From NCBI GenBank assembly GCA_964016885.1, contig OZ024741.1, positions 25,358,001 to 25,422,000 of the forward strand: 64,000 bases of DNA. The letters are read 5' to 3'. The number at the start of each line of letters is the position of its first letter. Position 1 is the stretch's first letter. Below the pieces are notes generated by a model. It saw only the letters and a list, made by a program, of their open reading frames with translations, ran no database searches and was not told the origin of the DNA. Of this stretch, positions 43,101 through 54,900 are shown one piece after another. The stretch comes from Eledone cirrhosa. Lineage: Eukaryota. The position numbers were made by a program, and so were the translations under genes.

Positions 43101-45570
43101 ACTGAGACAATATATAGAGTTCAATGATATCAACTGAGACAATATATAGAGTTCAATATCAACTGAGACAGTATATAGAGTTCAATGATATCAACTGAGA
43201 CAATATATAGAGTTCAATATCAACTGAGACAGTATATACAGTTCAATGATATCAACTGAGACAGTATATACAGTTCAATATCAACTGAGACAATATATAG
43301 CGTTCAATATCAACTGAGACAATATATACAGTTCAATGATATTAACTGAGACAGTATATAGAGTTCAATGATATCAACTGAGACAATATATACAGTTCAA
43401 TGATATCAACTGAGACAATATATAGAGTTCAATATCAACTGAGACAGTATATAGAGTTCAATGATATCAACTGAGACAATATATAGAGTTCAATGACATC
43501 AACTGAGACAATATATAGAGTTCAATATCAACTGAGACAATATATACAGTTCAATGATATCAACTGAGACAGTATATAGAGTTCAATGATATCAACTGAG
43601 ACAGTATATAGAGTTCAATGATATCAACTGAGACAGTATATAGAGTTCAATGATATCAACTGAGACAATATATACAGTTCAATGATATCAACTGAGACAG
43701 TATATAGAGTTCAATGATATCAACTGAGACAGTATATAGAGTTCAATGATATCAACTGAGACAATATATAGAGTTCAATGATATCAACTGAGACAATATA
43801 TAGAGTTCAATGATATCAACTGAGACCTTATATAGAGTTCAATGATATCAACTGAGACAATATATAGAGTTCAATGATATCAACTGAGACAGTATATACA
43901 GTTCAATGATATCAACTGAGACAATATATAGAGTTCAATATCAACTGAGACAATATATACAGTTCAATGATATCAACTGAGACAGTATATAGAGTTCACT
44001 GATATCAACTGAGACAATATATAGAGTTCAATGATATCAACTGAGACAATATATAGAGTTCAATATCAACTGAGACAGTATATAGAGTTCAATGATATCA
44101 ACTGAGACAATATATAGAGTTCAATATCAACTGAGACAGTATATACAGTTCAATGATATCAACTGAGACAGTATATACAGTTCAATATCAACTGAGACAA
44201 TATATAGCGTTCAATATCAACTGAGACAATATATAGCGTTCAATATCAACTGAGACAATATATACAGTTCAATGATATTAACTGAGACAGTATATAGAGT
44301 TCAATGATATCAACTGAGACAATATATAGAGTTCAATGATATCAACTGAGACAATATATAGAGTTCAATATCAACTGAGACAGTATATAGAGTTCAATGA
44401 TATCAACTGAGACAATATATAGAGTTCAATGATATCAATTGAGACAGTATATAGAGTTCAATGATATCAACTGAGACAATATATAGAGTTCAATGATATC
44501 AACTGAGACAGTATATACAGTTCAACGATATCAACTGAGACAATATATAGAGTTCAATGATATCAACTGAGACAATATATAGAGTTCAATGATATCAACT
44601 GAGACAGTATATAGAGTTCAATGACATCAACTGAGACAATATATAGAGTTCAATATCAACTGAGACAATATATACAGTTCAATGATATCAACTGAGACAG
44701 TATATAGAGTTCAATGATATCAACTGAGACAGTATATAGAGATCAATGACATCAACTGAGACAATATATAGAGTTCAATATCAACTGAGACAATATATAC
44801 AGTTCAATGATATCAACTGAGACAGTATATAGAGTTCAATGATATCAACTGAGACAGTATATAGAGTTCAATGATATCAACTGAGACAGTATATAGAGTT
44901 CAATGATATCAACTGAGACAATATATACAGTTCAATGATATCAACTGAGACAGTATATACAGTTCAATGATATCAACTGAGACAATATATAGAGTTCAAT
45001 GATATCAACTGAGACAGTATATAGAGTTCAATGATATCAACTGAGACAGTATATAGAGTTCAATGATATCAACTGAGACAATATATAGAGTTCAATGATA
45101 TCAACTGAGACAATATATAGAGTTCAATGATATCAACTGAGACAGTATATAGAGTTCAATATCAACTGAGACAGTATATAGAGTTCAATGATATCAACTG
45201 AGACAGTATATAGAGTTCAATGATATCAACTGAGACAATATATAGAGTTCAATGATATCAACTGAGACAATATATAGAGTTCAATATCAACAGAGACAGT
45301 ATATAGATTTCAATGATATCAACTGAGACAGTATATAGAGTTCAATGATATCAACTGAGACAGTATATAGAGTTCAATGATATCAACTGAGACAATATAT
45401 AGAGTTCAATGATATCAACTGAGACAATATATAGAGTTCAATGATATCAACTGAGACAATATATAGAGTTCAATGATATCAACCGAGACAGTATATAGAG
45501 TTCAATGATATCAACTGACACAGTATATACAGTTCAATGATATCAACTGAGACAGTATATAGAGTTCAAT
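34109..45570. repeat. 32-bp satellite, right arm (richer in 29-bp, GCGTT and TTCACTG variants)
   Basis: The same monomer resumes in register after the LINE and ends at ...AGAGTTCAAT|taactgc. Confidence 0.98.
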
Positions 45571-45712
45571 TAACTGCAATGGATTTCAACTAAAACCCTG
45601 CAAACTTCATTTTGTAAATTTGGATTGTTTAGTGATTCTTTAAAATATAACTGATTCAGATAGAAAGTTTCATTCAGTGCTCATAGCTTTTCCAGAGTCT
45701 CTTCAATTGGAC

Positions 45713-45935
45713 TACTCTTGGGTCCCAAATAATAGGGAGGAGGAATTTTTCTAGGTTGTCTCTATTGATATTTTTGAAAACCAGAATTAGTCGTTTAGTT
45801 TACATACTGAGACCCCCAACCCATCCTATTTATTTTATAAAATATGGGGTTTCTAGTGATGTACTTTTTTTGTCATGTATAATGTTTTTAATTTCTAAAG
45901 AAAATTGTCACAGGAATGCTACCACTTAAAATAAA
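45713..45935 (+). mobile_element. DNA transposon/MITE terminal arm (TACTCTTGGGTCCCAAATA...)
   Basis: Diverged reverse-complement copy at 50101-50342; begins with TA. Confidence 0.6.
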
Positions 45936-46154
45936 ATTTCACTGGAGATAGATTAGCATATGCCCGGCAGGGTGGTAATTTGAATATATTGGGGAGCAAT
46001 TTTGCTAACTTTTAAATTATATCTTTTTAGCACCAAACATTTTTTAAAGTTAGACAGGAAGGGCACATCAATTTTGTTTAGATGTTGTGGTGGAGAGGTA
46101 AAGTATTACTGAATTCCTGGGAAGAAATGCAATGAGAAAACAAATAAAACTTAC

Positions 46155-46300
46155 CCTGCACCATTCATTGGAAAATTCTCCTCTGTGCAAAGTGCTTCAC
46201 TGCCCAGCCTGTTTAGAAAGTCTTTTAAAACAATGAGAGATTCAGCATCAACCATCCCTCCAACAACAGCAGCTATTTCATCATCAGACGCAGCAGTCAA
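46155..46300 (-). CDS. NDUFS1: NDUFS1 internal exon (146 bp): [48 protein letters not shown](G)
   Basis: Manual translation resembles NDUFS1 [22 protein letters not shown]...LCTEEVFP. Acceptor tctcatttAG|TTG, donor GG|GTaagt. Confidence 0.94.
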
Positions 46301-46549
46301 CTAAATGAGATAAAACAGTTTTAATAGCCCTAAATCAGATGTGAAATATACGCCACCACTGCTCATTAAGTACTTAGTAATCCATGCTAAATATGATTTG
46401 TATGGATTACAGGTATAAACATGTAGATGTAGTGTACATGTTTATAACAGTAACACCATGTATTTACTAGTACATGGTGTTACATCATGTACTGACAACA
46501 GAACAGATTAAGATAACTAAAACTGAGGGGAAGTAGTTAAGTTAAAGCT

Positions 46550-46790
46550 AAAGTCTGTTCCAAGTCATCACACTCATCTCAGCATTAAGTGACTGAAGGT
46601 ACAATACATCCCCCTAGACAGGATGCTAGTCCATCACAAGGTTAACCCCCAGCTAGTACTTATTTTCAGCTGAGTTACTGGCCAACAAGAAGTCAAGTGT
46701 TTTGCTCAAAAACACAATGTTTTCCACAGTCTAGGAATTGAACGCACAACATTATGATCATAAGTCCAACACTTGTAACCAATAGGTCCT
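46550..46790 (-). mobile_element. Degenerate tRNA-derived SINE (different family)
   Basis: B-box-like GGAATTGAAC (reverse complement GTTCAATTCC) and SINE-body-like GGATGCTAGTCCATCACAAGGTTAACCCC / AAGTGTTTTGCTCAA, recognised from memory. Confidence 0.5.
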
Positions 46791-47521
46791 AACAAAAACA
46801 TAAGCCCATGCCAACTAAACCAACTGCCCATTTATCCCCTTTGGTCTGGTCTGCTAATAACCACTGAACTGTGCAGTAAGGAGTTGAACCTGTATTTTGT
46901 TTAGAGGAAATAGATTGTGTTCATGTGCCTTTCTCAATGACTCACATAACACAATGATAGGATTAAGATCAGAACTTATGACCATATTGTCCTATGATGG
47001 TTGTACTGGAGTTAAGATACTGGACTACTGACCACATGGTTATAAAGTCAAATTTTGTCCATGAACTCTGCTTACTCAGCTTTTGGAGTTATAACTATAC
47101 ATATGTATAAGGGAAAACATATGACTGTGTTGTTAAAGGTATCACTTTACAATCATGTTGTTTCAGGTTCAACCTCATTATGTGACATTTTGTGAACTGT
47201 GGCATTATATATATCAGGATAGAACCAGTTTAAAACTAGTTAGACTTTTGCTCAACAGTTCTCTGGAACTAGCCGTTGGAACAGCAAAGCTCAGCCGTCG
47301 GGCCCTGACTCTTTATAATATATATATATGTGTGTGTGTGTATAAAGAGTCGGGACCTGACTGATGATATATATAATATAGTTTGTATATAGGGATGGAA
47401 GATACAATTGCAGATAAGAGCAGTATTGTGTGTGAGTATGTATGTGTGGTACGTATGTGCATGAGAGTGTGTGTGTGACTATGTGCGTGTGCATGCGTAA
47501 GAGTATAGAAGAAATGGTTAC

Positions 47522-47671
47522 CTTCTCAGCTGCAGCAATCAAGGCATTCTCCCAGTCAGTCTGGACTAACACTCCCTTGTTGTTCTTAATGTAAGGAACA
47601 GTCAAACGCTGCCTCTTCAGTCCATCATAGGCAAATCGAGTCTTGTCAGATATCCATTCCTCGTTTATGTC
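47522..47671 (-). CDS. NDUFS1: NDUFS1 internal exon (150 bp): [23 protein letters not shown]...[10 protein letters not shown]
   Basis: Within ORF 47291-47701. Conserved [16 protein letters not shown]; acceptor tggcAG|GAC, donor AAG|GTaacc. Confidence 0.96.
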
Positions 47672-47704
47672 CTGCCATGACAAGATGAGAACATTCATCA
47701 ATAG

Positions 47705-48170
47705 AAACAGGGGTTAGACAGTTTATAGAAAACATCTTAACAGATGCCTGGCAACTGACTTGGTAAACACCCACAAAATTATTGACCATCTTGCCAACAA
47801 CAACCCTGAATACCTTTTTGATTTCCATGTGTCTAACACACGTGGGCATGCCCACAAAGTCAGAAAACAGTACAGTTCCCATGACTTCTGGAAACATTTT
47901 TTCACGCTCAGAGTTGCTGAAGCATGGAACAAACTCCCTGCATCAGTTGTTAGCTGTCGAGACACTGTATCCTTTAAAACCTCCATGCTTCCCGAGATTC
48001 GCCAACACTACACCTAATGTTCCCCCTCCATACACATGCACACATGTATATCATGACTCATACACTATTCACTTCCCTGACATTTGTATATTATTCTATG
48101 TACTATACATGCACCTTTGACGAGTTGTAGTGCACCTGAGCACTTTACACAATAATTTCATTATTATTAT
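47705..48170 (+). mobile_element. 5'-truncated CR1/L2-group LINE 3' fragment with (ATT)n tail
   Basis: ORF 47760-48017 carries TRGH-x-HK...FF-x-x-RV...WN-x-LP...FK, the typical CR1 C-terminal signature; tail TTATTATTAT at ~48161. Confidence 0.8.
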
Positions 48171-48171
48171 C

Positions 48172-48283
48172 AAATAGGGTCATGAGATATGGTGTAGTTC
48201 ATTAGAAATAGGGTCATGAGATATGGTGTAGTTCATTAGAAATAGGGTCATGAGATATGGTGTATTTCATTAGAAATAGGGTC
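48172..48283. repeat. 34-bp minisatellite, ~3.3 copies (AAATAGGGTCATGAGATATGGTGTAGTTCATTAG)
   Basis: Direct tandem copies with one substitution. Confidence 0.9.
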
Positions 48284-48284
48284 A

Positions 48285-48600
<316 letters not shown>

Positions 48601-49002
48601 CTGATATTCTAACACAAAGATGGGGAACCTGCAGCCTTCTTTGCCATTCTGTGTGGCCTTTTGAAATAATAAAAGATTTCCAACACATTTTTTATTCTTA
48701 TTGATATGCTTTGTCTATCTCTTATTATTTTAATTTAAACCAAAAGAAGAACATATGTTAAATATCAAAGAGTAAAAGAAAATTCAATGAAATAATCCAC
48801 ACTGACAGACAGACACAGCATACACATTTTTCTTGATGCTGATTTTTTACAGAGCAAGTCAACTACTTTCCTCTCTCTAATATTTATATTCATATACATG
48901 ACTATATGGCTGTCTGTCTGAATGGTTGTGTCTGTATGGCTGCTTGCCAGTCTGTCTATGGCTGGCTGTCTGTATGTCTGTCTATAAGGTTGTGTCTCTT
49001 AC

Positions 49003-49188
49003 CTAGTCTCCCAAGGACGAGCGGTGAAGGAGTAAGGTTTGGATGTCAAAGCACCAACTGGACACAAGTCAATGATATTACCAGACAGTTCCGACCGAAA
49101 CATTTTCTCAACATAGGTGCCAACCTCCATAGTGCTTCCCCGACCAGTTGTTCCAAGGTCTTCCACTCCAGCAACCTCACTGGCAAAT
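49003..49188 (-). CDS. NDUFS1: NDUFS1 internal exon (186 bp): [17 protein letters not shown]...[27 protein letters not shown](R)
   Basis: Within ORF 48999-49256. Conserved [11 protein letters not shown] motif; acceptor catacAG|A, donor AG|GTaaga. Confidence 0.97.
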
Positions 49189-49409
49189 CTGTATGGTAAA
49201 GAGAAATGTATTATATAGAACAAGAGAACCATAAGATTTACTAAAGATATACTCATATTTCAAGTATGTTTATAGTGCTTCCCAAAATGGATGGCTTCTG
49301 AGCAATTTCAGAGTTCTGCCAAAAAAATTCTGAGGTTTCTCAAGACAGAGTGTCTTTAATAAAGTATCATCATTTTACGTCCGCTTTTCCCTACTTGCAA
49401 AGTATAATA

Positions 49410-49694
49410 ATAATAATTGTTTCTACTTTTGGCACAAGGCCAGCAATTACCCAGTGCATTACTGGTACTTTATTTTATCGACCCCGTAAGGATGAAAGGC
49501 AAAGTTAACCTCAGTGAGATTTGAACTCAGAATGGCAAGGGCCGTAACTCTATAAGTCAAAGCATGGCGTCCGACCCTCTACCAATACTGCCAATCCACC
49601 AATAATAATTGTTTCTACTTTAGGCACAATGCCAGCAATTACCCAGTGCATTACTGGTACTTTATTTTATCGACCCCGTAAGGATGAAAGGCAA
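49410..49694 (-). mobile_element. tRNA-derived SINE (full copy 49410-49600) plus a tandem partial copy (49601-49694)
   Basis: Reverse complement shows A-box-like GGATTGGCAGTATTGGTAG, B-box GAGTTCAAATC, core TTTGCCTTTCATCCTTACGGGGTCGATAAAATAAAGTACCAG and an (ATT)n tail. Confidence 0.85.
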
Positions 49695-50100
49695 TAAATG
49701 ATTATATACTTTATTTTACATGAATAAATTCTTTCTCTAAAACACATTTTGTTTCATTTAATTGTTTAGCATTTACATTTTTCTATATATACAATTGTAT
49801 TTTCACGGTAAACACTTTATCTTACATAATTACCTCACATAGCATCGAATCTACAAGATTTTGATATTATTTGTTTTAAGAACAATACCTTAACATAAGT
49901 ATGAGCATCTGGTTATGGCTGGTTTGAACAGAAAGAGGTGAGAGAATGCTGGCCGGATATGGTCAGTTTAAATGCTAAAGGGTTAATGTCCTATAAAAAT
50001 TAAGATAGTGCGTATTATCTATAAAATATACAAGGTATACTCAAGAAGTTTTGAGACTTTCTTTTGAAGCACTTTTAATTGACCTACTTCACTGTCACTC

Positions 50101-50342
50101 TATTTTAAGTGGTAGCATTCCTACGACAATAAATTTTCTTTAGGCATTAAAAAATATTATACATGACAAAAAAAGTACATTACAAGAAATCCCATATATT
50201 ATAAAAATGGGTTGGGGGTCAGAATATGTAAACTAAACTAATTCTGGTTTTTAAAAAAAAATCAATGGAGACAACCTAGAAAAATTACCAATTTACCAAC
50301 ACCCCCGTTTATTCCACCCCTACTATTTGGGACCCAAGAGTA
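50101..50342 (-). mobile_element. DNA transposon/MITE terminal arm, inverted partner of 45713-45935
   Basis: Ends ...TATTTGGGACCCAAGAGTA; shares blocks such as GTGGTAGCATTCCT, ATACATGACAAAAAAAGTACAT and GAGACAACCTAGAAAAATT in reverse complement. Confidence 0.6.
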
Positions 50343-50435
50343 TTAGATACTATAATCAGGACTGCCTCGAGCAGGTGTTACAAACAAACAAATAAAATTA
50401 ATATAAAGGACTTTAGAAGAGCACACAACACTTAC

Positions 50436-50513
50436 CGTATACATCGAGTGCAGTGAATACAACGTGTCATTATGGTTTTTATAAGGGGGCCAACATTCTT
50501 GTCCTCAACAGCC
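50436..50513 (-). CDS. NDUFS1: NDUFS1 internal exon (78 bp): [25 protein letters not shown](R)
   Basis: CxxCxxC 4Fe-4S motif. Acceptor cttttctAG|G, donor CG|GTaagt; phases match both neighbours. Confidence 0.96.
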
Positions 50514-50649
50514 CTAGAAAAGAAGCACAACATCATAATAACAACAGTAAAAGTCTCAGGGGTCTCATATCTAAATAGTATTTTAGTGTAGGGAATCTGT
50601 TCAATGTTTCTATGGAAATATATAATACAGAGAAACTGTTGCTACTGAC

Positions 50650-50714
50650 CTTTTTCCTGTAAAGTTAATGTCTGTAAATCGACTGCGGTCACTCCCAAAT
50701 ACCATCGACTGGTC
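50650..50714 (-). CDS. NDUFS1: NDUFS1 internal exon (65 bp): DQSMVFGSDRSRFTDINFTGK(R)
   Basis: Continues the previous exon in phase 0. Acceptor ctcctcctttacAG|GAC, donor AAAAG|GTcagt. Confidence 0.95.
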
Positions 50715-51096
50715 CTGTAAAGGAGGAGAGAGATGTTTTATATTGCTGTTAAGGTTTCAATACTTGGCTTTTCCATATTAATAACACAAGATGTACACAA
50801 ATATACATACAAACACTATGTACATACATACATTACACATGTATGTGTGTGTGTATATATATATACATACATACACAGGTTTTTTTATAGTTGGATGCCA
50901 TAAAAATATATATAGTTGTAGTTAGAGGGTACTAACCTACTGTCATATTTAGTAGACTAATGACCACATGTTTGGCTATTTCAATGGGATGCAACTATAA
51001 AGTTGTAAAAAATATATAAAAAACACAGATCTAACATGAATATAACCAACCAAACACTGATTACATTTGTTGATATAGACACATACATATACATTA

Positions 51097-51225
<129 letters not shown>

Positions 51226-51345
51226 TTAGACAGAGAATAAAAACAAACAATAAATAAAATAAAATATTTCTCAACCACTGAACCATTTAGAAGGGAGGGG
51301 GGCATTAGTATGTACTGTAAAACTTATTTGGTGGTCATTCATTAT

Positions 51346-51910
51346 AAGGGCGGTGGATTGGCAGTATCAGTAGAGGGTCGGACGCCATGCTTTGTAGCAT
51401 AGAGTTGCGGCCCTTTATGATCTGAGTTCAAATCCCATCGAGGTTAACTTTGCCTTTCATCCTTACATGGTCGATAAAATAAAGTACCAGTCACGCACTG
51501 GTGTCGATTTAATCGAGCCCCCGCCCCCCCCACAAATTGCTGGCCTTGTGCCTATATAAGAAACCATTATTATTATTAGTAGTAGTAGTGGATTGGCAGT
51601 ATCGGTAGAGGGCCAGGCACCATGCTTTCCAGCATAGTTACGTCCCTTTACGATCTGAGTTCAAATCCCGCCAAGGTTGACTTTGCCTTTCATCCCTACG
51701 GGGTTGATAAAATAAAGTACCAGTAATGCACTGGATAATTACTGACCTTGTGCCTAAAGTAGAAACAATTATTATTATTAGTACTAGTAGTATTAGTAGC
51801 AGCATCAGAACGCCGGATAACATGCTTCGCAGCACAGAGTTACAGCCCTTTACGTTCTAAGTTCATATCCCGCCGAGGTTAACTTTGCCTTTCATCCTTA
51901 CGGGGTCGAT
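51346..51910 (+). mobile_element. Three tandem tRNA-derived SINE copies (51346-51580, ~51586-51780, ~51795-51910 truncated)
   Basis: Repeated GAGTTCAAATCCC B-box and GCCTTTCATCC...GTCGATAAAATAAAGTACCAG core (Meta-domain-like, from memory) with (ATT)n tails. Confidence 0.85.
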
Positions 51911-51916
51911 GAAGAC

Positions 51917-54900
51917 GTGAGAAACTCAAATGTCTTCTCTGTCTCAATGGTCAACTAAAGACACTATTGTGAGAAACTCAATGGTCAACTGTCTCAATAG
52001 TCAACTAAAGACACTATTGTGAGAAACTCAAATGTCTTCTCTGTCTCAATGGTCAACTAAAGACACTATTGTGAGAAACTCAAATGTCTTCTCTGTCTCA
52101 ATGGTCAACTAAAGACACTATTGTGAGAAACTCAATGGTCAACTAAAGACACTATTGTGAGAAACTCAAATGTCAACTCTGTCTCAATGGACAACTAAAG
52201 ATACTATTGTGAGAAACTCAAATGTCAACTCTGTCTCAATGGTCAACTAAAGACACTATTGTGAGAAACTCAAATGTCTTCTCTGTCTCAATGGTCAACT
52301 AAAGACACTATCGTGAGAAACTCAAATGTCTTCTCTGTCTCAATGGTCAACTAAAGACACTATTGTGAGAAACTCAAATGTCTTCTCTGTCTCAATGGTC
52401 AACTAAAGACACTATTGTGAGAAACTCAAATGTCAACTCTGTCTCAATGGTCAACTCAAGACACTATTGTGAGAAACTCAATGGTCAACTAAAGACACTA
52501 TTGTGAGAAACTCAAATGTCTGCTCTGTCTCAATGGTCAACTAAAGACACTATTGTGAGAAACTCAAATGTCTTCTCTGTCTCAATGGTCAACTAAAGAC
52601 ACTATTGTGAGAAACTCAATGGTCAACTGTCTCAATGGTCAACTAAAGACACTATTGTGAGAAACTCAATGGTCAACTCTGTCTCAATGGTCAACTAAAG
52701 ACACTATTGTGAGAAACTCAAATGTCTTCTGTCTCAATGGTCAACTAAAGACACTATTGTGAGAAACTCAAATGTTAACTGTCTCAATGGTCAACTAAAG
52801 ACACTATTGTGAGAAACTCAAATGTCTTCTCTGTCTCAATGGTCAACTAAAGACACTATTGTGAGAAACTCAAATATCTGCTCTGTCTCAATGGTCAACT
52901 AAAGACACTATTGTGAGAAACTCAATGGTCAACTAAAGACACTATTGTGAGAAACTCAAATGACTGCTCTGTCTCAATGGTCAACTAAAGACACTATTGT
53001 GAGAAACTCAATGGTCAACTAAAGACACTATTGTGAGAAACTCAAATGTCTGCTCTGTCTCAATGGTCAACTAAAGACACTATTGTGAGAAACTCAATGG
53101 TCAACTAAAGACACTATTGTGAGAAACTCAAATGTCTGCTCTGTCTCAATGGTCAACTAAAGACACTATTGTGAGAAACTCAATGGTCAACTAAAGACAC
53201 TATTGTGAGAAACTCAAATGTCTTCTCTGTCTCAATGGTCAACTAAAGACACTATTGTGAGAAACTCAATGGTCAACTAAAGACACTATTGTGAGAAACT
53301 CAAATGTCTTCTCTGTCTCAATGGTCAACTAAAGACACTATTGTGAGAAACTCAAATGTCAACTCTGTCTCAATGGTCAACTCAACACACTATTGTGAAA
53401 AACTCAATGGTCAACTAAAGACACTATTGTGAGAAACTCAATGGTCAACTAAAGACACTATTGTGAGAAACTCAAATGTCTAATGTCTCAATGGTCAACT
53501 AAAGACACTACTGTGAGAAACTCAATGGTCAACTAAAGACACTATTGTGAGAAACTCAAATGTCTTCTCTGTCTCAATGGTCAACAAAAGACACTATTGT
53601 GAGAAACTCAAATGTCAACTGTCTCAATGGTCAACTAAAGACACTATTGAGAAACTCAAATGTCTTCTGTCTCAATGGTCAACTAAAGACACTATTGTGA
53701 GAAACTCAAATGTCTTCTCTGTCTCAATGGTCAACTAAAGACACTATTGTGAGAAACTCAAATGTCTTCTCTGTCTCAATGGTCAACTAAAGACACTATT
53801 GTGAGAAACTCAAATGTCAACTCTGTCTCAATGGTCAACTCAAGACACTATTGTGAGAAACTCAATGGTCAACTAAAGACACTATTGTGAGAAACTCAAA
53901 TGTCTGCTCTGTCTCAATGGTCAACTCAAGACACTGTTGTGAGAAACTCAAATATCAACTGTCTCAATGGTCAACTAAAGACACTATTGTGAGAAACTCA
54001 AATGTCTTCTGTCTCAATGGTCAACTAAAGACACTATTGTGAGAAACTCAAATGTCTGCTCTGTCTCAATGGTCAACTCAAGACACTGTTGTGAGAAACT
54101 CAAATGTCTTCTCTGTCTCAATGGTCAACTAAAGACACTATTGTGAGAAACTCAAATGTCTGCTCTGTCTCAAAGGTCAACTCAAGACACTGTTGTGAGA
54201 AACTCAAATGTCTTCTCTGTCTCAATGGTCAACTAAAGACACTATTGTGAGAAACTCAAATGTCTTCTGTCTCAATGGTCAACTAAAGACACTATTGTGA
54301 GAAACTCAAATGTCAACTCTGTCTCAATGGTCAACTCAAGACACTATTGTGAGAAACTCAATGGTCAACTAAAGACACTATTGTGAGAAACTCAAATATC
54401 TTCTGTCTCAATGGTCAACTAAAGACACTATTGTGAGAAACTCAATGGTCAACTAAAGACACTATTGTGAGAAACTCAAATGTCTAATGTCTCAATGGTC
54501 AACTAAAGACACTATTGTGAGAAACTCAATGGTCAACTAAAGACACTATTGTGAGAAACTCAAATGTCTTCTGTCTCAATGGTCAACTAAAGACACTATT
54601 GTGAGAAACTCAAATGTCTTCTCTGTCTCAATGGTCAACTAAAGACACTATTGTGAGAAACTTAATGGTCAACTGCCACAATGGTCAACTAAAGTCACTA
54701 TTGTGAGAAACTCAAATGTCAACTGTCTCAATGGTCAACTAAAGACACTATTGTGAGAAACTCAAATGTCTTCTGTCTCAATGGTCAACTAAAGACACTA
54801 TTGTGAGAAACTCAAATGTCTTCTCTGTCTCAATGGTCAACTAAAGACACTATTGTGAGAAACTCAAATGTCAACTGTCTCAATGGTCAACTAAAGACAC

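Larger units (their letters stand above)
2054..46154 (-). other. NDUFS1: 44,101-bp NDUFS1 intron, almost entirely satellite plus a LINE
   Basis: The flanking exons are directly consecutive in the protein sequence; GT...AG ends. Confidence 0.9.

Noticed and set aside
2781-45570. CRISPR-like array (32-bp partly palindromic repeat)
   Set aside because: Monomers are contiguous with no unique spacers, there are no cas genes, and the context is a eukaryotic intron.
46296-46305. 10-bp match GTCAACTAAA between the exon acceptor junction and sat2, suggesting satellite origin from a splice site
   Set aside because: Too short and AT-rich to distinguish from chance.
51346-51450. tRNA gene
   Set aside because: A/B boxes belong to SINE heads followed by a core and tail; no cloverleaf.
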